64,000 bases of DNA from Adineta vaga (lineage: Eukaryota > Animalia > Rotifera), in the NCBI GenBank assembly GCA_021613535.1, contig CP075494.1:14570001-14634000 (forward strand). Direction: 5' to 3'. The translations under genes and the position numbers were made by a program. A model generated the notes under the pieces. It made no database searches. It worked only from the letters and a program-made list of their open reading frames with translations, and was not told the origin of the DNA. This document shows positions 26,301 to 38,523 of the stretch, in pieces. The stretch's first letter is position 1. Each line of letters begins with the position of its first letter.

Positions 26301-28140
26301 TGGCTTATTAAGTAATAATCGATCAATATGTGTTTGCAAAGTCGATTATTTCGGTCTTGGGTGTTATATTCGAAATCGAATATGCGATCGCTTTCCGTGT
26401 CAAAATAATGGCTCATGTATTCCACATGATGATTTTATGTCATCGTCGATGAATCGAAAATATTTTTGTATTTGTCCAAAAGGTTTTAGTGGAGAGCAAT
26501 GTCAAGTAATTGATACTCAAATTAATCTCGTCTTTAACAAAGATATTCATTTATCTCATTCAGCTTTTATTCATTTCATACAAATTATTCCATTTAATGA
26601 ATTTGAATATAACACTCCGATAACATCACCACAAAGATCAACAACATTACAAACAGTCTTACAAGCAACAAATTCTCTTCGAATTTATTGGTCACAACCA
26701 TTTCATCTCATTTTTATCGAAACAACAAATAGCACATATTACTTAAGTGTTATTCAATCTATCTATAATCGTTCCACAACAATAACTCAACGCATTCATT
26801 CATCACATCGCTGTCCATCAATTAATGAGTTAACGAATAGTACATTTGCTGAATTGCATGCTGTTCGTCGAATGAAATCTTATCATTCGATATGTCAAAG
26901 AAATTCTCCTGATTTACAATGTTTTCATGATGATGCTCACCTTTGTTTATGTTATGATCATCATAAGAAACGCTTAGCAAATTGTTTTGATTTTGATCAT
27001 CAAATGAAATTTGATTGTTTTGGACAAAATCATTGTAAAAACAACGGCCAATGTTTTCAAGATTCGTTAGATTGTCCAAAACGATCGATTTGTGTTTGTC
27101 GTTCATGTCACTATGGAAGTCAATGTCAATTTACTACAAGTGAATTTGGTTTATCACTTGATGCTATTTTAGCTTATCATATCATTCCAGATGTGAATAT
27201 TTTTCATCAATCATCAATTGTTCAATTCAGTTTTTCATTAACAATTCTATTTGTGATTGTAGGATTAATCAACGGCATTCTTTCCTTGATCACATTTAAG
27301 AGCAAAACTATACTTGAAGTTGGTTGTGGTATTTATTTATTAGGTTCATCAATAACGACGATATTAACAATGATTTTGTTTGGATTGAAATATTTTATTT
27401 ATCTTTCGACGCAAATCTCAACGCCAACGAATGAAACCTTTTTAAAAATAGAATGTCATTCATTAGATTTTCTCCTTCGAATCTGTTTGAATATGGATCA
27501 ATGGCTAAATGCATGCGTAGCAATGGAAAGAGTAGTGACAGTTATGCAAGGCACCCGATTTCTCAAAAATAAAAGTAAACAATTAGCTAAAAAAGTTTTA
27601 ATCTGTCTTCTTTTATTAACTATCTTAACATCAATTCATGATCCTATACATCGACATGTATCAAAAGAGGAAGATAACGACGATGAAACAAAGAAAAGAA
27701 TCTGGTGCATTGTTCATTATTCTTCAAGTCTACAGGTTTATAATCGAATTATGAATACATTTCATTTTTTCCTTCCATTTCTCATTAATTTCATTTCGTC
27801 AATTCTTTTAATAACAACAAAATCCGAACAAAAACTTTATCTTCAGAAGAATAAACCTTATTTAGATATGTTACGAGAACAATTTCGCGAACATCAACAA
27901 TTACTAACAGCACCTGTTATTTTATTTCTTCTTGCATTACCACGTTTAACTCTTTCATATTTAACCAAATGTATGAATTCAACTCAAGATTCTTGGATAT
28001 TTCTTAACGGATATTTTATATCATTTATTCCACCGATGACTACTTTTCTTATTTTTGTTATGCCATCGAAATTTTACAAGAACGAATATCGAAAAATGAT
28101 TATACATCATAAAAATCAGATTCAACAATATTTTTCTTAA
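23335..28140 (+). CDS. Intronless 1601-aa receptor: LDL-receptor class A repeats, EGF-like repeats and a rhodopsin-like 7TM domain
   Basis: Single ORF. LDLa motifs (CLDWTEICNGKVDCLDGDYDEEHC, CKNGLCIP...DCIDRSDE, NCFDGKDE), EGF motifs (CLCPPSYYGNQC, CQCKEGWSGEYC, CICPKGFSGEQC) and seven C-terminal hydrophobic segments with ACVAMER at the DRY position. The true start may be the downstream Met of MFQMKYQ. Confidence 0.9.
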   Translation: MLIIYQTENMFQMKYQIYFIFIHRILATPQFNLYFTTNEVSESEYDDKIGIGYNCFRLASNMDQAKRSRQISSYCMSESSSKFHIENDHSFPISSFAELAKINITSEDLYLRSIPIDTVEQYQVYLETDDFSLANQTVYYCTLPRFGALCQYELYYYHENYSSLHEIIHDYYKTYFNILTNMTCYKHLTCRRGHPPACLDWTEICNGKVDCLDGDYDEEHCWQLELNKCNGNEYQCKNGLCIPYEFVRDDQDTFDCIDRSDELVEKSIQSGVGEAIEPAFGYEDVMCQRTFVTSSCIHDRDTILLESMFSVKDNNVSNECWSAVKCYLAMSTSEYPIVSYYIIENECIPTITKECPDMLPIPNIPLFFGHVYTIYNRSELISPHRAVIPYLCSNKSLHDDSLTSVFNTPVNNTTCYKISELTLASSGSPSFTYRFHRPMDNVFQQIKQYYPIVNFPQYRCNESNLYQCFNSTKCISFTRLIDDIHDCPYSDDENIHEDTNPQLFAQFKHKFYKCYVTNIYIPLSAVFNWQCDCGYDEYNFCEDEYQVEYTNHTRRIISFQTMCDGFQELYPIAIDGTNYTDETECEQWECDNIYTRCDKVRNCFDGKDEVHCNPVISSLLNCSSDSRMCVTLDTYQLTCLPINQFNDGHVDCLGGTDELTLCRYPYLHVDQGFYCVSDTGSFCLQDHALCSNSSLCLYDDDDLFCEKNRSFAVNFGICVYNYIFLGSDVEKFLCDSTQPKPKARAKYFRINGFNESYAIEVDENELTNVVAVGNDLLPISLIDNPRCNRGLDVRVWLNKSFNLYTSTCLCPPSYYGNQCQYQNQRVSLAIRFHTSVQSRHILYAILVLLIDDTNQRIIHSFEQFTYLSIRDCKIKFNLYLLYSTRPKHPNRTYSIHVDIYDKHSLTYRSSFVYPVKFSFLPVHRLAFIVNIPSEDSPDETCSSYRKCIHGRCINYFNTKQTFCQCKEGWSGEYCDIPYNHNCSSNSLSIGLLSNNRSICVCKVDYFGLGCYIRNRICDRFPCQNNGSCIPHDDFMSSSMNRKYFCICPKGFSGEQCQVIDTQINLVFNKDIHLSHSAFIHFIQIIPFNEFEYNTPITSPQRSTTLQTVLQATNSLRIYWSQPFHLIFIETTNSTYYLSVIQSIYNRSTTITQRIHSSHRCPSINELTNSTFAELHAVRRMKSYHSICQRNSPDLQCFHDDAHLCLCYDHHKKRLANCFDFDHQMKFDCFGQNHCKNNGQCFQDSLDCPKRSICVCRSCHYGSQCQFTTSEFGLSLDAILAYHIIPDVNIFHQSSIVQFSFSLTILFVIVGLINGILSLITFKSKTILEVGCGIYLLGSSITTILTMILFGLKYFIYLSTQISTPTNETFLKIECHSLDFLLRICLNMDQWLNACVAMERVVTVMQGTRFLKNKSKQLAKKVLICLLLLTILTSIHDPIHRHVSKEEDNDDETKKRIWCIVHYSSSLQVYNRIMNTFHFFLPFLINFISSILLITTKSEQKLYLQKNKPYLDMLREQFREHQQLLTAPVILFLLALPRLTLSYLTKCMNSTQDSWIFLNGYFISFIPPMTTFLIFVMPSKFYKNEYRKMIIHHKNQIQQYFS

Positions 28141-28329
28141 ACTATATAATAAAGATAGATGTAAGAGAGAAAAAGATGAATGTGCATTAGAAATGTATAT
28201 CAATCGAGCCGCGCTTCTGAATACAACCCATAAACGTTCACTTTCCTCATGAGCCGTAAGCATTAGGATGCGATTCATTCGCATATTCAGGAGCAAATCG
28301 ACACTTGATTCTATTTTTCTTTTGGTCAT
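28141..28329 (+). repeat. Direct repeat, copy 2 (begins immediately after the GPCR stop codon)
   Basis: Matches 22748-22977 and carries AATAAA at 28148-28153, which copy 1 lacks. Confidence 0.92.
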
Positions 28330-28432
28330 ACTAAGAATAAAAGTCTTTCAGATTAGAATGTAACCAGTGCAATCTATCTTCAAGGAAGAAAAATACGGAA
28401 TGACTATACATTTTTTTCAACAAATTGAAATA

Positions 28433-28456
28433 ATATATATATATATATATATATAT
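28433..28456. repeat. (AT)n microsatellite
   Basis: About 12 uninterrupted AT units. Confidence 0.85.
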
Positions 28457-28981
28457 TAATAGTAGAATTAGACCATTCGTATCTACGTGAATATTTACAC
28501 TATTCGATTTATAATTGATAGAAAAATTCATTTCACACAAAAGTTGACATAAATCAAGAGTATTTCATTGATTATATTTGACTTGCTCCGAACACGGCTT
28601 AAGGAAGTCTTATGTAAAGACAATATCGAACGATATTTCATTCATATTGCTCTTCTTGAATATATTTGATAACAATAATCATTTTTAAATTGAAAAAATG
28701 TTCCCAAATGTAATTGATTATGTTATTTTGACGTTATTTACAGGTATATTATCATTGTTTTCAGAATTCGATTTACCTTCATAATGTATGTATAATACCT
28801 GTAAAACAAATCGACATTTAACGACAACTATAGATCTATGTGTACATTCTCTTTTCCTTCGTGATTGCAGATTGCCAATAAGAAGTTGATAGCAATGAAA
28901 GAACTGTTTTATGAAAACATTTTTTTAGTTTTTACTTTACTGATTTACAATAATTAAATAGAAATTTATAGATCTTAATTA

Positions 28982-30416
28982 ATGATAACACGAGTATCAC
29001 CAAATGTATCTGTGTCTCTATATGGATCATCGCCGGCATTGATTTATCCTGTTTATCGCCGTCGTTTTTATGTTCTTTTCGTTTTTATGTTTCTTGCTTT
29101 TAATCAATGTCTGTTTTGGTTAACATTTTCACCTGTTTCACAAAGTGCCCAAACATATTATCATATTAGTGAGAGTACAGTGAATCTTCTTCTCAACTGG
29201 GGACCAATTATTTTTATTCCTTGCTTACCATTAGCATATCTTCTATTGAACAAACGACATGGACTTCGAAAAATTATTCTCTTACTTGCGATTGTATGTT
29301 TTATTGCTGCTTCACTTCGAATTTTACCTATTATGTTTATTTCACCCTCGAATTCCTCGTTCACATCCATATCTCTTCTGTTTATTCATCTTGGCCAAAT
29401 TCTAAATGCTGCCTGTGGTCCATTAGTAATGGCTCCTGTTTCACAACTATCATGTTTATGGTTCGGACCAAATGAACGAACACGTGCAACTACCTTAGCT
29501 ATTATGGCTGCCAGTTTCGGTTCTACGTTTGGTTTTCTTGTTCATCCATGGATCGTTACTACTTCGGAACAAATTCCACAATTACTTTATCTGCATTTTA
29601 TTCTTGCTTTGATTGCACTGTTAATGACACTTGGTTATTTTCCATCACATCCTCCGCATGCACCATCTCCTGCTGCTCAATCTCTAATGGATACATCAAT
29701 GAATGAAAACAATGAGAATTCTCTACGAAATTATATGACTGATATTTATCGATGTTTCTCAATACCATCATTTAAACTATTGTGTTCTGCGGGTGGAATA
29801 CAAGGTGGAGTGTTCGCAGCCTGGACTGGTCTATTTGCAAATATTTTAGCTCGAGAAAAGTTCACCGAACAACAGTCAGGTACACTACAATGTCATGAAA
29901 ATTTCTTCCAAATCAATTTCTACTTTAGGTTGGTTTGGTTTCAGTTGTTCATTAGCAACGATTATTGGTGGTTTGATTACAAGTACTATTGCTGATACAC
30001 CTTATTTCCGTCGTTCTTTCAAATCGATCATATTTATAATGTTGATTGGTTGTTTCTTATCTGTTCTATGGTTTCAACTTTGCGTTCGTACGATATTCAA
30101 TGATGAACCAATTTTTCAACCAACTGTTATGAGTATTGCTCTTTCAGTAACATTTGCCGGTCTATTCCAAGGATCAGCTTTACCATTGATTTATGAATCT
30201 TTGGCTGAAATTACTTTCCCGTTACCTGAATCACTTTCAGCATCAGTTCTCGTTCAGTTGAATAATATAACAGCATTGATACTTCTATTTATTCCACCTA
30301 GTTTATATAACTTATTGAATTTTGTAGTTCTTGTTTCTGTCGGTGCTTGTACCCTAATGATGATGTATGTAAATATTGATTATAAACGACGAAATATCGA
30401 TGAAAGAAAACAATAA
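28982..30416 (+). CDS. SLC49A4: MFS transporter of the SLC49 family, DIRC2/SLC49A4-like (intron 29880-29928)
   Basis: VYRRRFYVLFVF...WLTFSPV, LLLNWGPIIF, GQILNA, WFGPNERTRAT and PLIYESLAEITFPLPES. About 12 hydrophobic segments after splicing. Confidence 0.85.
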
Positions 30417-30518
30417 AATAGCAGTATAGTGTAATACTCGAAAGTTGAATTCAACTATTAACCCTCCGTAGATGAAGCATCACTCTCTGATGATATACTA
30501 ATACTCCGCCGACACTCT

Positions 30519-30536
30519 CACCCACACCCACACCCA
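30519..30536 (-). repeat. Three units of a TGTGGG-type (telomere-like) repeat
   Basis: The plus strand reads (CACCCA)3. TGTGGG is the telomeric repeat reported for Adineta vaga. The tract is very short. Confidence 0.4.
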
Positions 30537-31956
30537 GTCAAAATGTATAATCAATACAGCGCGCTAATTTATCAATTAACTGATTCCTAGTCAACCCTTG
30601 TTGAACATTCTTCTGTACAACATAAATGTCAACAAGTATCTAATTACTTCGAGTTAGACATACATTTACTAGTATAGTAATCTAAAGATGAGAATAGTTT
30701 TAATGACTGAAAAGATCGTTATCCTTCGGATGAGAAAAGACGATCTAAGTTTTTCTTTTTGAAATACTAACGATGTTCGAAAACTTTTAACTTCACTTTG
30801 TAACTTGACGTTCATATATATATGGATACCCATATAAATTTAGTTCTTCGGAATACACAGTTTTGTAGAAAACAGAAAGAGCTATTATTGTACATCTTAC
30901 ATTTTTGCAAAAACATAAATGTTTATGCAATGCTTGACTTATGGAAAGCGTGTGAAAAATTGCCACGTAGGTGAAGTTAGTCCCACACGCGAGTAAATGT
31001 AGCCGATATTCATGCAGGAAAATACTCCAACAATTTCACGATAGAACTCGAAGAGCTGTATCCTGAAATATATTCTCTAATTGTTTTGTACAGATATCAG
31101 TTCAATTCTTAGACAATATACATTTTCGAGACAGAATTCAACTAGAATCAATTATTAGAGAAATATGAATACTGATTGTCGATGTGAAGATTACTGAGAT
31201 ATGTGAATAGTAGAGAAAGTAATCATTGCATAGACTTCGAACGTTAGAATCAAACTGAATTTAGATTTTATTTTAATATGAACAGAACAATCTTTTCTCT
31301 CTCTCAAGTTTAATATAAAAAGAAACAAAGAGATCAAATGAGAATTCCAAGTAAAAGAAACGATTTTTTTGCTCTTTTAACGTCGAAAAATAAATAATAT
31401 TTCACTGAAAAGTTGTTATCAGATTGAAAATGAAGTATTTCGTATTTTAAAATACATTTCGAGAAGATAGATTTTATTTGAATGTTCATGTACAATATTT
31501 CAACAATCCTTTTGTCAAACATGCTCTTGAAGTACGGAGAAAATATTCAATGTATTCTTTTTTACATTGACCATGCAAAATCTTAATATGGACAAATTTC
31601 ACTGGATTTGAAAAGTCTGTTGCAAGAGCATACTCATTCTTACAAATTCGTTCGTTCTATATTTCTAATGAATATACAATCTCATCTCTATTGAACAATT
31701 ATAATGTTTTCGTATCAGACAGTAAAGTATGTGTCGCCATCTATTTTGTTGTGCTGTCATGATTTGAGTAGTAAAAGAATCCATTTTTTACTCATTTTGT
31801 CACAGAAATTGTGTATCGCTACGTTTACTCTTCAAGACCTTCAAAATTATCTTGAAAAAAAGCTTCTACTACATGTATTTTGAATGATATGTATGATATT
31901 TTGCATTCCGATGATTTCTTTTCAGATCTGACTATTCACTTTCCAATAGAATAGTA

Positions 31957-32876
31957 ATGGATACTGATGAAATTGAACAATATATTCAACATATTATTGA
32001 TCGGAAAGAAACAAGTTTAAATTTAAGTAATCGTTCATTACGTGCTGTTCCATTATCGGTTAGTTGTTGTTCGTTTCTTGAGAATCTCTATTTAAATGAT
32101 AATCAACTTATTATTCCACCAAATGAACAATTATCTACATTAACAAATTTAGAAACACTTTCATTAGAACAAAATCAATTAACAATTCTACCAGATTCAT
32201 TATGGACTCTAACAAATTTAATACGTTTGAATCTTAGTCATAATCCAGTTGGTCAAATACCATTAGCATTAGGTCAGTTAAGAAATCTTCATGAATTATG
32301 GATGACAAATATTAATCTATATGATATTCCTTTAAATATACTTTCTAATTTAAATCAATTGGAAAAATTATCATTAAAATCCAATCATTTAAGAAAACTT
32401 CCGAGTGATTTTGGTTACTTAGTAGAATTACGTTGGTTATGTCTTGAAGATAATGAATTGAATGACTTACCAGATTGTTTACAAGATTGTATACATTTAT
32501 CATATTTAAATTTAAATGGAAATCATTTTGTTCATATTCCGGATGTAATTGGAAGAATTTCCTCATTAAATATTATTTCTTTACAACGAAATGCGATTGC
32601 TGAAATCAATGATGAAACATTAATGATGTTTTCCGATATGACGAAAGTTGATTTAAGAGAAAATCCATTGATTGATAAACCAAAACATTGGAAAGTATGT
32701 TTTAAAGAAAAAGAAATACAAATAAGTTATTGTGTTTATCTATTCGATAGGGTTTAGAATTCATTAAAGTTGGACGTTGCATCGATGTAACATCGTATAA
32801 TGAAGAGGAGGGCGAGGAAGAGGAAAATCAAAATGCGGAATCATCAGATTCTAGTCAAGATGACAATTTGGATTAA
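31957..32876 (+). CDS. Cytoplasmic leucine-rich-repeat protein with acidic tail (intron 32695-32750)
   Basis: About 9-10 LxxLxLxxNxL repeats (LENLYLNDNQL, LETLSLEQNQL, LEKLSLKSNHL, LRWLCLEDNEL), an LRENP cap and a short Glu/Asp-rich last exon. Confidence 0.9.
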
Positions 32877-33143
32877 TTGATATTTTATGTGATAAATATT
32901 TGTAAAAAATTTAATTTTTCAATTGAACATTTTGATCAATTCATATTGTGACAGATAACGTAGAATGAGTAAATGATAAAGTACAGAACAGAAGTTATTA
33001 AATCAGCATGAAATCAAGATAATTACAAGTTTCCATAATGATTATATATTTTATTTAGTTTTTCCAATTGAGCAATCAGAATTGTTGTGTATTTAATGTT
33101 TTTTAGATGAATTATTGAATATTTGTGATAAAACGAAACAATA

Positions 33144-36100
33144 ATGAGTGATGATGGAAGAACGACGAATGATGAGAAGACAGCGCCAAAGAGCAAGGTT
33201 GTTCGTTTCTTCATATATTCTTGAAAATGACAAAGTTCTTTGTATATTTTTAGTTGGAATCCATGTCTCATGAAGAATTAGTAACGCTGGTTAAAAATCA
33301 AGTTCTTCTAAAGAAAAAACTAGACAGTAGAATAAGTGAATTAACTACTTCGAATGTTCAATTATGTCAAGCAGAAGAGGAAATTCGAAATAAATTCGAA
33401 GATGAACAATTAGAAACTAAAAAGTTACGAGATGAATTAAATCAAAATAAAATCAATGAAACTAAACTTCAACAAGAACTTAATGTAAGTTAGAATCATT
33501 TCATTTCTCTTTTGTTCATTTATTTCTTCATTGTTTAGAAATATCGTGAAGCTTCTGAATGTTTACAATTACAAAATGAATCATTGAAATCATCATGCAA
33601 ATATTTTCAAGATGAATTATCTGTAAAAGAAATCATTTGTTATTCTTCATTAATGATGATTCTATTTGTATTTAGACTGTTCAAAATGATCTATCAAATC
33701 TTCGTTCATCAATTGGTAATCGTGAAGAAGAATTAACAAATAATATAGCTACTTCACAAAATACAATTGAAAATCTTCTCAATGAAAAACATTTGTACGA
33801 ACAAGAAAAAGTTGAAATGCAAGAATCAATGGAAAAATTGAAATTGGAATTGGATGATTTACAATCAAAATTAGATACATTCGAAAGAGAGAAACTTCAA
33901 CCACAACCGTCCGAAATACCATCCGAGCGAATTCATTCTTTATTTAATAATGATGATGTTTTAACGTTACTTTCATCGCTTGGAATAAATGATTATAAAC
34001 AAGAAGATTTTTCTCAACCTATCGATCTAGAAAGTCTACTCCGTTTATGTTCGTCATTAATCGAACGATGTAAAAGTTTACAAAATAATGAATCATCTAC
34101 AGTGAAAGAATCTGTTTCAATTAGTGAGGATAATGGTTATGAACAATGTCGATTATTAATTCATCGACAAGAACATTCGGGATTAGATGCAGTTTTCGAA
34201 TATTTATATTCATCCATAAATCAAGTCAATGATACGAATGATTGGCAAATCAATCTTATAAAGCCAAATGATAAAGTAAAATTTTCAAACAACAAAAAGA
34301 ATGATAGTTTATAGAACTTTTGTTTCTTTTTCAGAATGTTGATCAATATATTCGATTCGAAGTCAATAATATTAAGTTCATTTCTGAACAAGTTGAACAC
34401 GATCTTAATCATACACGTTCTCAACTTCATCAACTATTACAAGAGAGTGAAGAACAACGTCAAGAAATTTCTCGTCTAAAAGAAACTCTTCATTCTCATG
34501 AACAATTAGAAGAACAATTAGATCAGGAACGAAAGAAGATTAGTAGTCTTGAAGAAGACCTTCGATCTTTTGAAAAGGTGAGAGAGCAATTCACAGAACA
34601 GCAACAAAAAATCATCGGTTTCGAAGACGAGATTCGTTCATCTGAAGAGAAACTTGCAAAACAACAACAAGAGATTAAAAATCTTGAACAAAAACTTCAA
34701 TCTTCTGAGCAATTGGAAAAAGAACATCAAGAAACATCGGTACTAGAAGAAACTCTTCGTTCTACTGAACGTCAATTGGCAGAACATCAACAAAAGATCA
34801 TTTCTCTCGAAGAAAATCTTCGATCTTCTGAACAATTCAAAGAACAACTCGAAGAGGAACGTCGAAAAACAGATGAATTACAAAACATTATAAATCAAGG
34901 TATTTCCTCGACATCAAACATTCTACTACTTCAACTTTATTTTTCTTTAGATAAAACAAAACTAGATCAACTCGAAACTGCCTACGATGAACTTCAACAA
35001 AAGTGTCTTCTTCTCCAAGAAATTAAATCTGAGTATGATCTATTACAAGAGAAATTCAATGGATTAGATCTTGCACTAAAAGAAAAACAAGAAGTGAATG
35101 AAAAACTTCAACATGAATACGAACATCAACGTCTTTATCTACTTGATCGTGATGAAAATATACATTTACTTAAATTAAAACTTGAACAACAACAACAATC
35201 ATCTGACGAACAAAATGATGAACGTTATTTGTCTTTATCCAAACAAATCCAACAATATACAGATCTTTTAGAAACAAAAATAAATGAAAATAAACAATTG
35301 AACGATCGTGTTGTAGAATTGGAGAATGATTTGAAAGAAAATAAACAACTATTTTTTGAAACAAGTAAACAAGCCGATGATCTTGATAAGCAATTACAAA
35401 TATCAATGAATCAATATGAAGATTTTAAAATGAAATTTGAACAAATCAATGATGAGAAAATGAAACTTACGGATAAAATACAAAGTTTCGAACAAGAAAA
35501 ATCAGAATATATCGAAGTAAATAATACAATTTTGATAATTTTATGTCCACAATTTATTTTCTCAACAGATTACTAATCAATTGAAACAAGAATTAGAAAA
35601 CAATAAATCCAAGTATGATCAACTTATGCAAACAACTAATGAAAAAATTCAATCTGAAAACGAATTACAACATGTATGTCATTTTATTTGTTAAAATAAT
35701 TGAAAATTCAAATCTTTCTAGACGATCGAAAATCTTCAACAAGAATTAGAATCTACGAAAATAAATTTTCAAAATTATCAAACGAAATCTACTGAAGAAA
35801 AACAATCAACTCTTGAAAATGAACAAAATCAAATGACTAATTTCCAAAAAGAAAATTTCGAATTAAAAGAAACAAATGAAAAACAAACCAACGAAATTAC
35901 TGTACGAATTCTTGTATTTTTCTTTCATTCTCAATCATTTTATTTCCTCACAGGATCTTAAAGAAAGACAGCAAAAAATGAAAGTTCTCTTAGCTCGTCT
36001 GAAAAAAGAATTACAAGAAAAAACTCAACAACAACCAAAACAAAGTTTAATCGATTTAGAAATTGCTGATTATGAAAGAACGATTAAAACATTAAAAGAA

Positions 36101-38523
36101 GATCTAACATATAAAGATAAAGAAATACAAGATCTACGTGATGATATTACTAATCTCAATGAAAAGAATCTTTCTCTCAAACAAGAAATGGAAAATTTAG
36201 ATCAACAAAAATTACAAATAGAAGAACGTGCAAATAAATTAAAAACTTTATTAGATACAACGAAGAAAGAATTACACGATGTAAAAGATCTTGAACAAGA
36301 ACGTCATCAAAATGAAGATAATGTTCGAACATTAATTGATAGATTACAAGTTGAATTAGATGATCATAAAATAACTCTTAGTCAATTACTTGCTGAAAAA
36401 CAACAACTCATAGGTAAGAGTAGCTTAGAATGTTATGTTCATTTTCAATGTGAAAATTATTATTTAGAACGATTGAATCATCAAAGTGAAACAACACAAA
36501 AAACGATCAGTTTATTAGAACAAAACTTACGTATTGCAAATCATGATCGGGACATAGCCAAACAAGATTAGTTCGTTTTTATGAAAAAAAAACTCTTAAT
36601 TATTTTATTGATTTTGATGATTTTTCTAGTGATTCACTTCAAGATGATTTCAATACTTATAAAGTGAGTAAAAATTCAACAATCATTAGAAGAAGTGAAG
36701 CCTTCTAGTCTTCCATGTAGTTCGGCTTTTTTTTACATTTGATAAGGTTTATGACCAGTGATGTTATTCATAGCAGTCGAATAATAAACATATTTATATT
36801 AGATTGCCAGTTATACTATACATTTTCTTTTCGTATCGAAACATTCTTTTCATGGAAGAAAATGTTTGCTGGTAACAGGGACAATAGATTGACTTTCTGT
36901 TTTACCATATGTCGACATTTTGCTTAACAATTGTCTCTCTTTTTCATTTGCATTTCTTTTGTATCACGTATTCATTTATCATGAGAGCTGTTCGAAACAT
37001 AATAAATATCGTTACAATTCATTATACAATGTTTTTATAAATCTAGATTCGAGCGCAAAGTGTTCTCAAACAACAACAACAACAACAATCCACTCAACGT
37101 GAACGTATTCCATCAGCTGTTGATAAACAAGTGGAACTCGAAGAAACTATTGAAAAACTAAAATTAACTCTTCAAGAAGCGCAGTAAATCATTCTATTCT
37201 TTTTTCAATTCTAAATAAATTTTGTATATGTATGTATAGTAATAGAATCCAATTATTAAAATCAGAAAATGAAGTCTTTCAACGAGAACAAGATCGTCTA
37301 AGTGAAATACAGGCAAAAACAATTAGTGAAGCAAGAAAGCGTGAACAAGAACTTCGAAAACAAGTAGGATAATTATATTTTTACCTGATCGTATCGTTGA
37401 CGTATCTATTTCTGGTAGCATCAACTGGAACTGGAAAAAATGGAAAATGAATGTTTGAAGCGAACGAATGATAGTCACGATATGATGAAAGACGTGACAC
37501 TTCAAAATGAAACACTTTCGGCAGCATTTAAAGTGAGTAGTTTACAGTTATCGTCTATTTTCGAAATGATACAATAAACGAACTTTGATATCGCAGGAAC
37601 GAATAAGTGTAATAGAAACTGATCATGAACGTTCCATATCAATTTTACAAAATCAATTACAATCATCAAAACAAGAAATTGAACAATTAAAGAATCGTAT
37701 AGAATCATTAAGACAGGTGAATGTTGAACATGAGAAAGAAACAACGCAAGTTACAATTGTGAATGAATCAAATAAAGATGATGCTTCATGGGCATATGCT
37801 GAACGTCAACAAGGAGAGGTAATGCAATAGATTAATAACAGATAATGAGAAGTAGATCAGAAATCATACATATAGAAAAGCTTAACTAAAACTATGAATA
37901 GAAAAATAAAATATTCAATCTATACTTTTTTGTTTTTACAGGGTTCTGAATCAGCTAGTGGTGATCATCAACCAACTGATGTAGCTGTTAAAACGTTAGA
38001 AAATGTTCTCTTTGGTAATTCTTCCAATAATAATCGTTTTTCATCATCGAATACTGATAAACCTCGTCATGTACTTTTCGAAGATGCTGAATTAGAACGA
38101 CAACGTATTGAAGAAGAATTAAACAAAACAAAATATCGTCTTTTAAATACCACTGAACTTCTTAATGAATCTGAATTGAATACTGTTCGTTTAAGTGAAC
38201 AAGTTGCATTATTGAAAGAAGAAATTAGACGAATGGAACGAAATGTTGAGCGAGCAGATTCTATTTCAAACTTAGAATATTTAAAAAATATTATTTTGAA
38301 ATTTTTTATATTAAAATCGACATATGAACGTTTACAACTCATACCTGTACTTGTAACCATGCTCAAACTAAGTCCCGATGAACAAGCGAAACTTGTTCGT
38401 GTTGCACAACAAACATCATCGATTGATAATGCGTCCGTGAATGATCAATCAAATGCAACATCAGACGGAAATTCCAATACTTCTGCATCTTCCTCATGGG
38501 GTTCTTATTTAAATATTTGGTAA
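33144..38523 (+). CDS. GCC2: GRIP and coiled-coil domain golgin (GCC185)
   Basis: N-terminal KSKLESMSHEELVTLVKNQ, long coiled coil, YKIRAQSVLKQQ, GRIP domain NLEYLKNIILKF...LIPVLVTMLKLSPDE and terminal SSWGSYLNIW, all matching GCC2 landmarks. Confidence 0.9.

Noticed and set aside
22748-28329. LTR retrotransposon, Helitron or hammerhead interpretation of the direct repeats
   Set aside because: There are no TG...CA termini, PBS/PPT or gag/pol. The hairpin is not at a proper Helitron CTRR distance, and minus-strand CTCATGA-G-GAAA lacks the invariant core G and stem II.
30440-30498. Functional hammerhead ribozyme
   Set aside because: The core words and stem III are present but the closing pairs of stems I and II do not form. 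It is kept only as a possible decayed relic.
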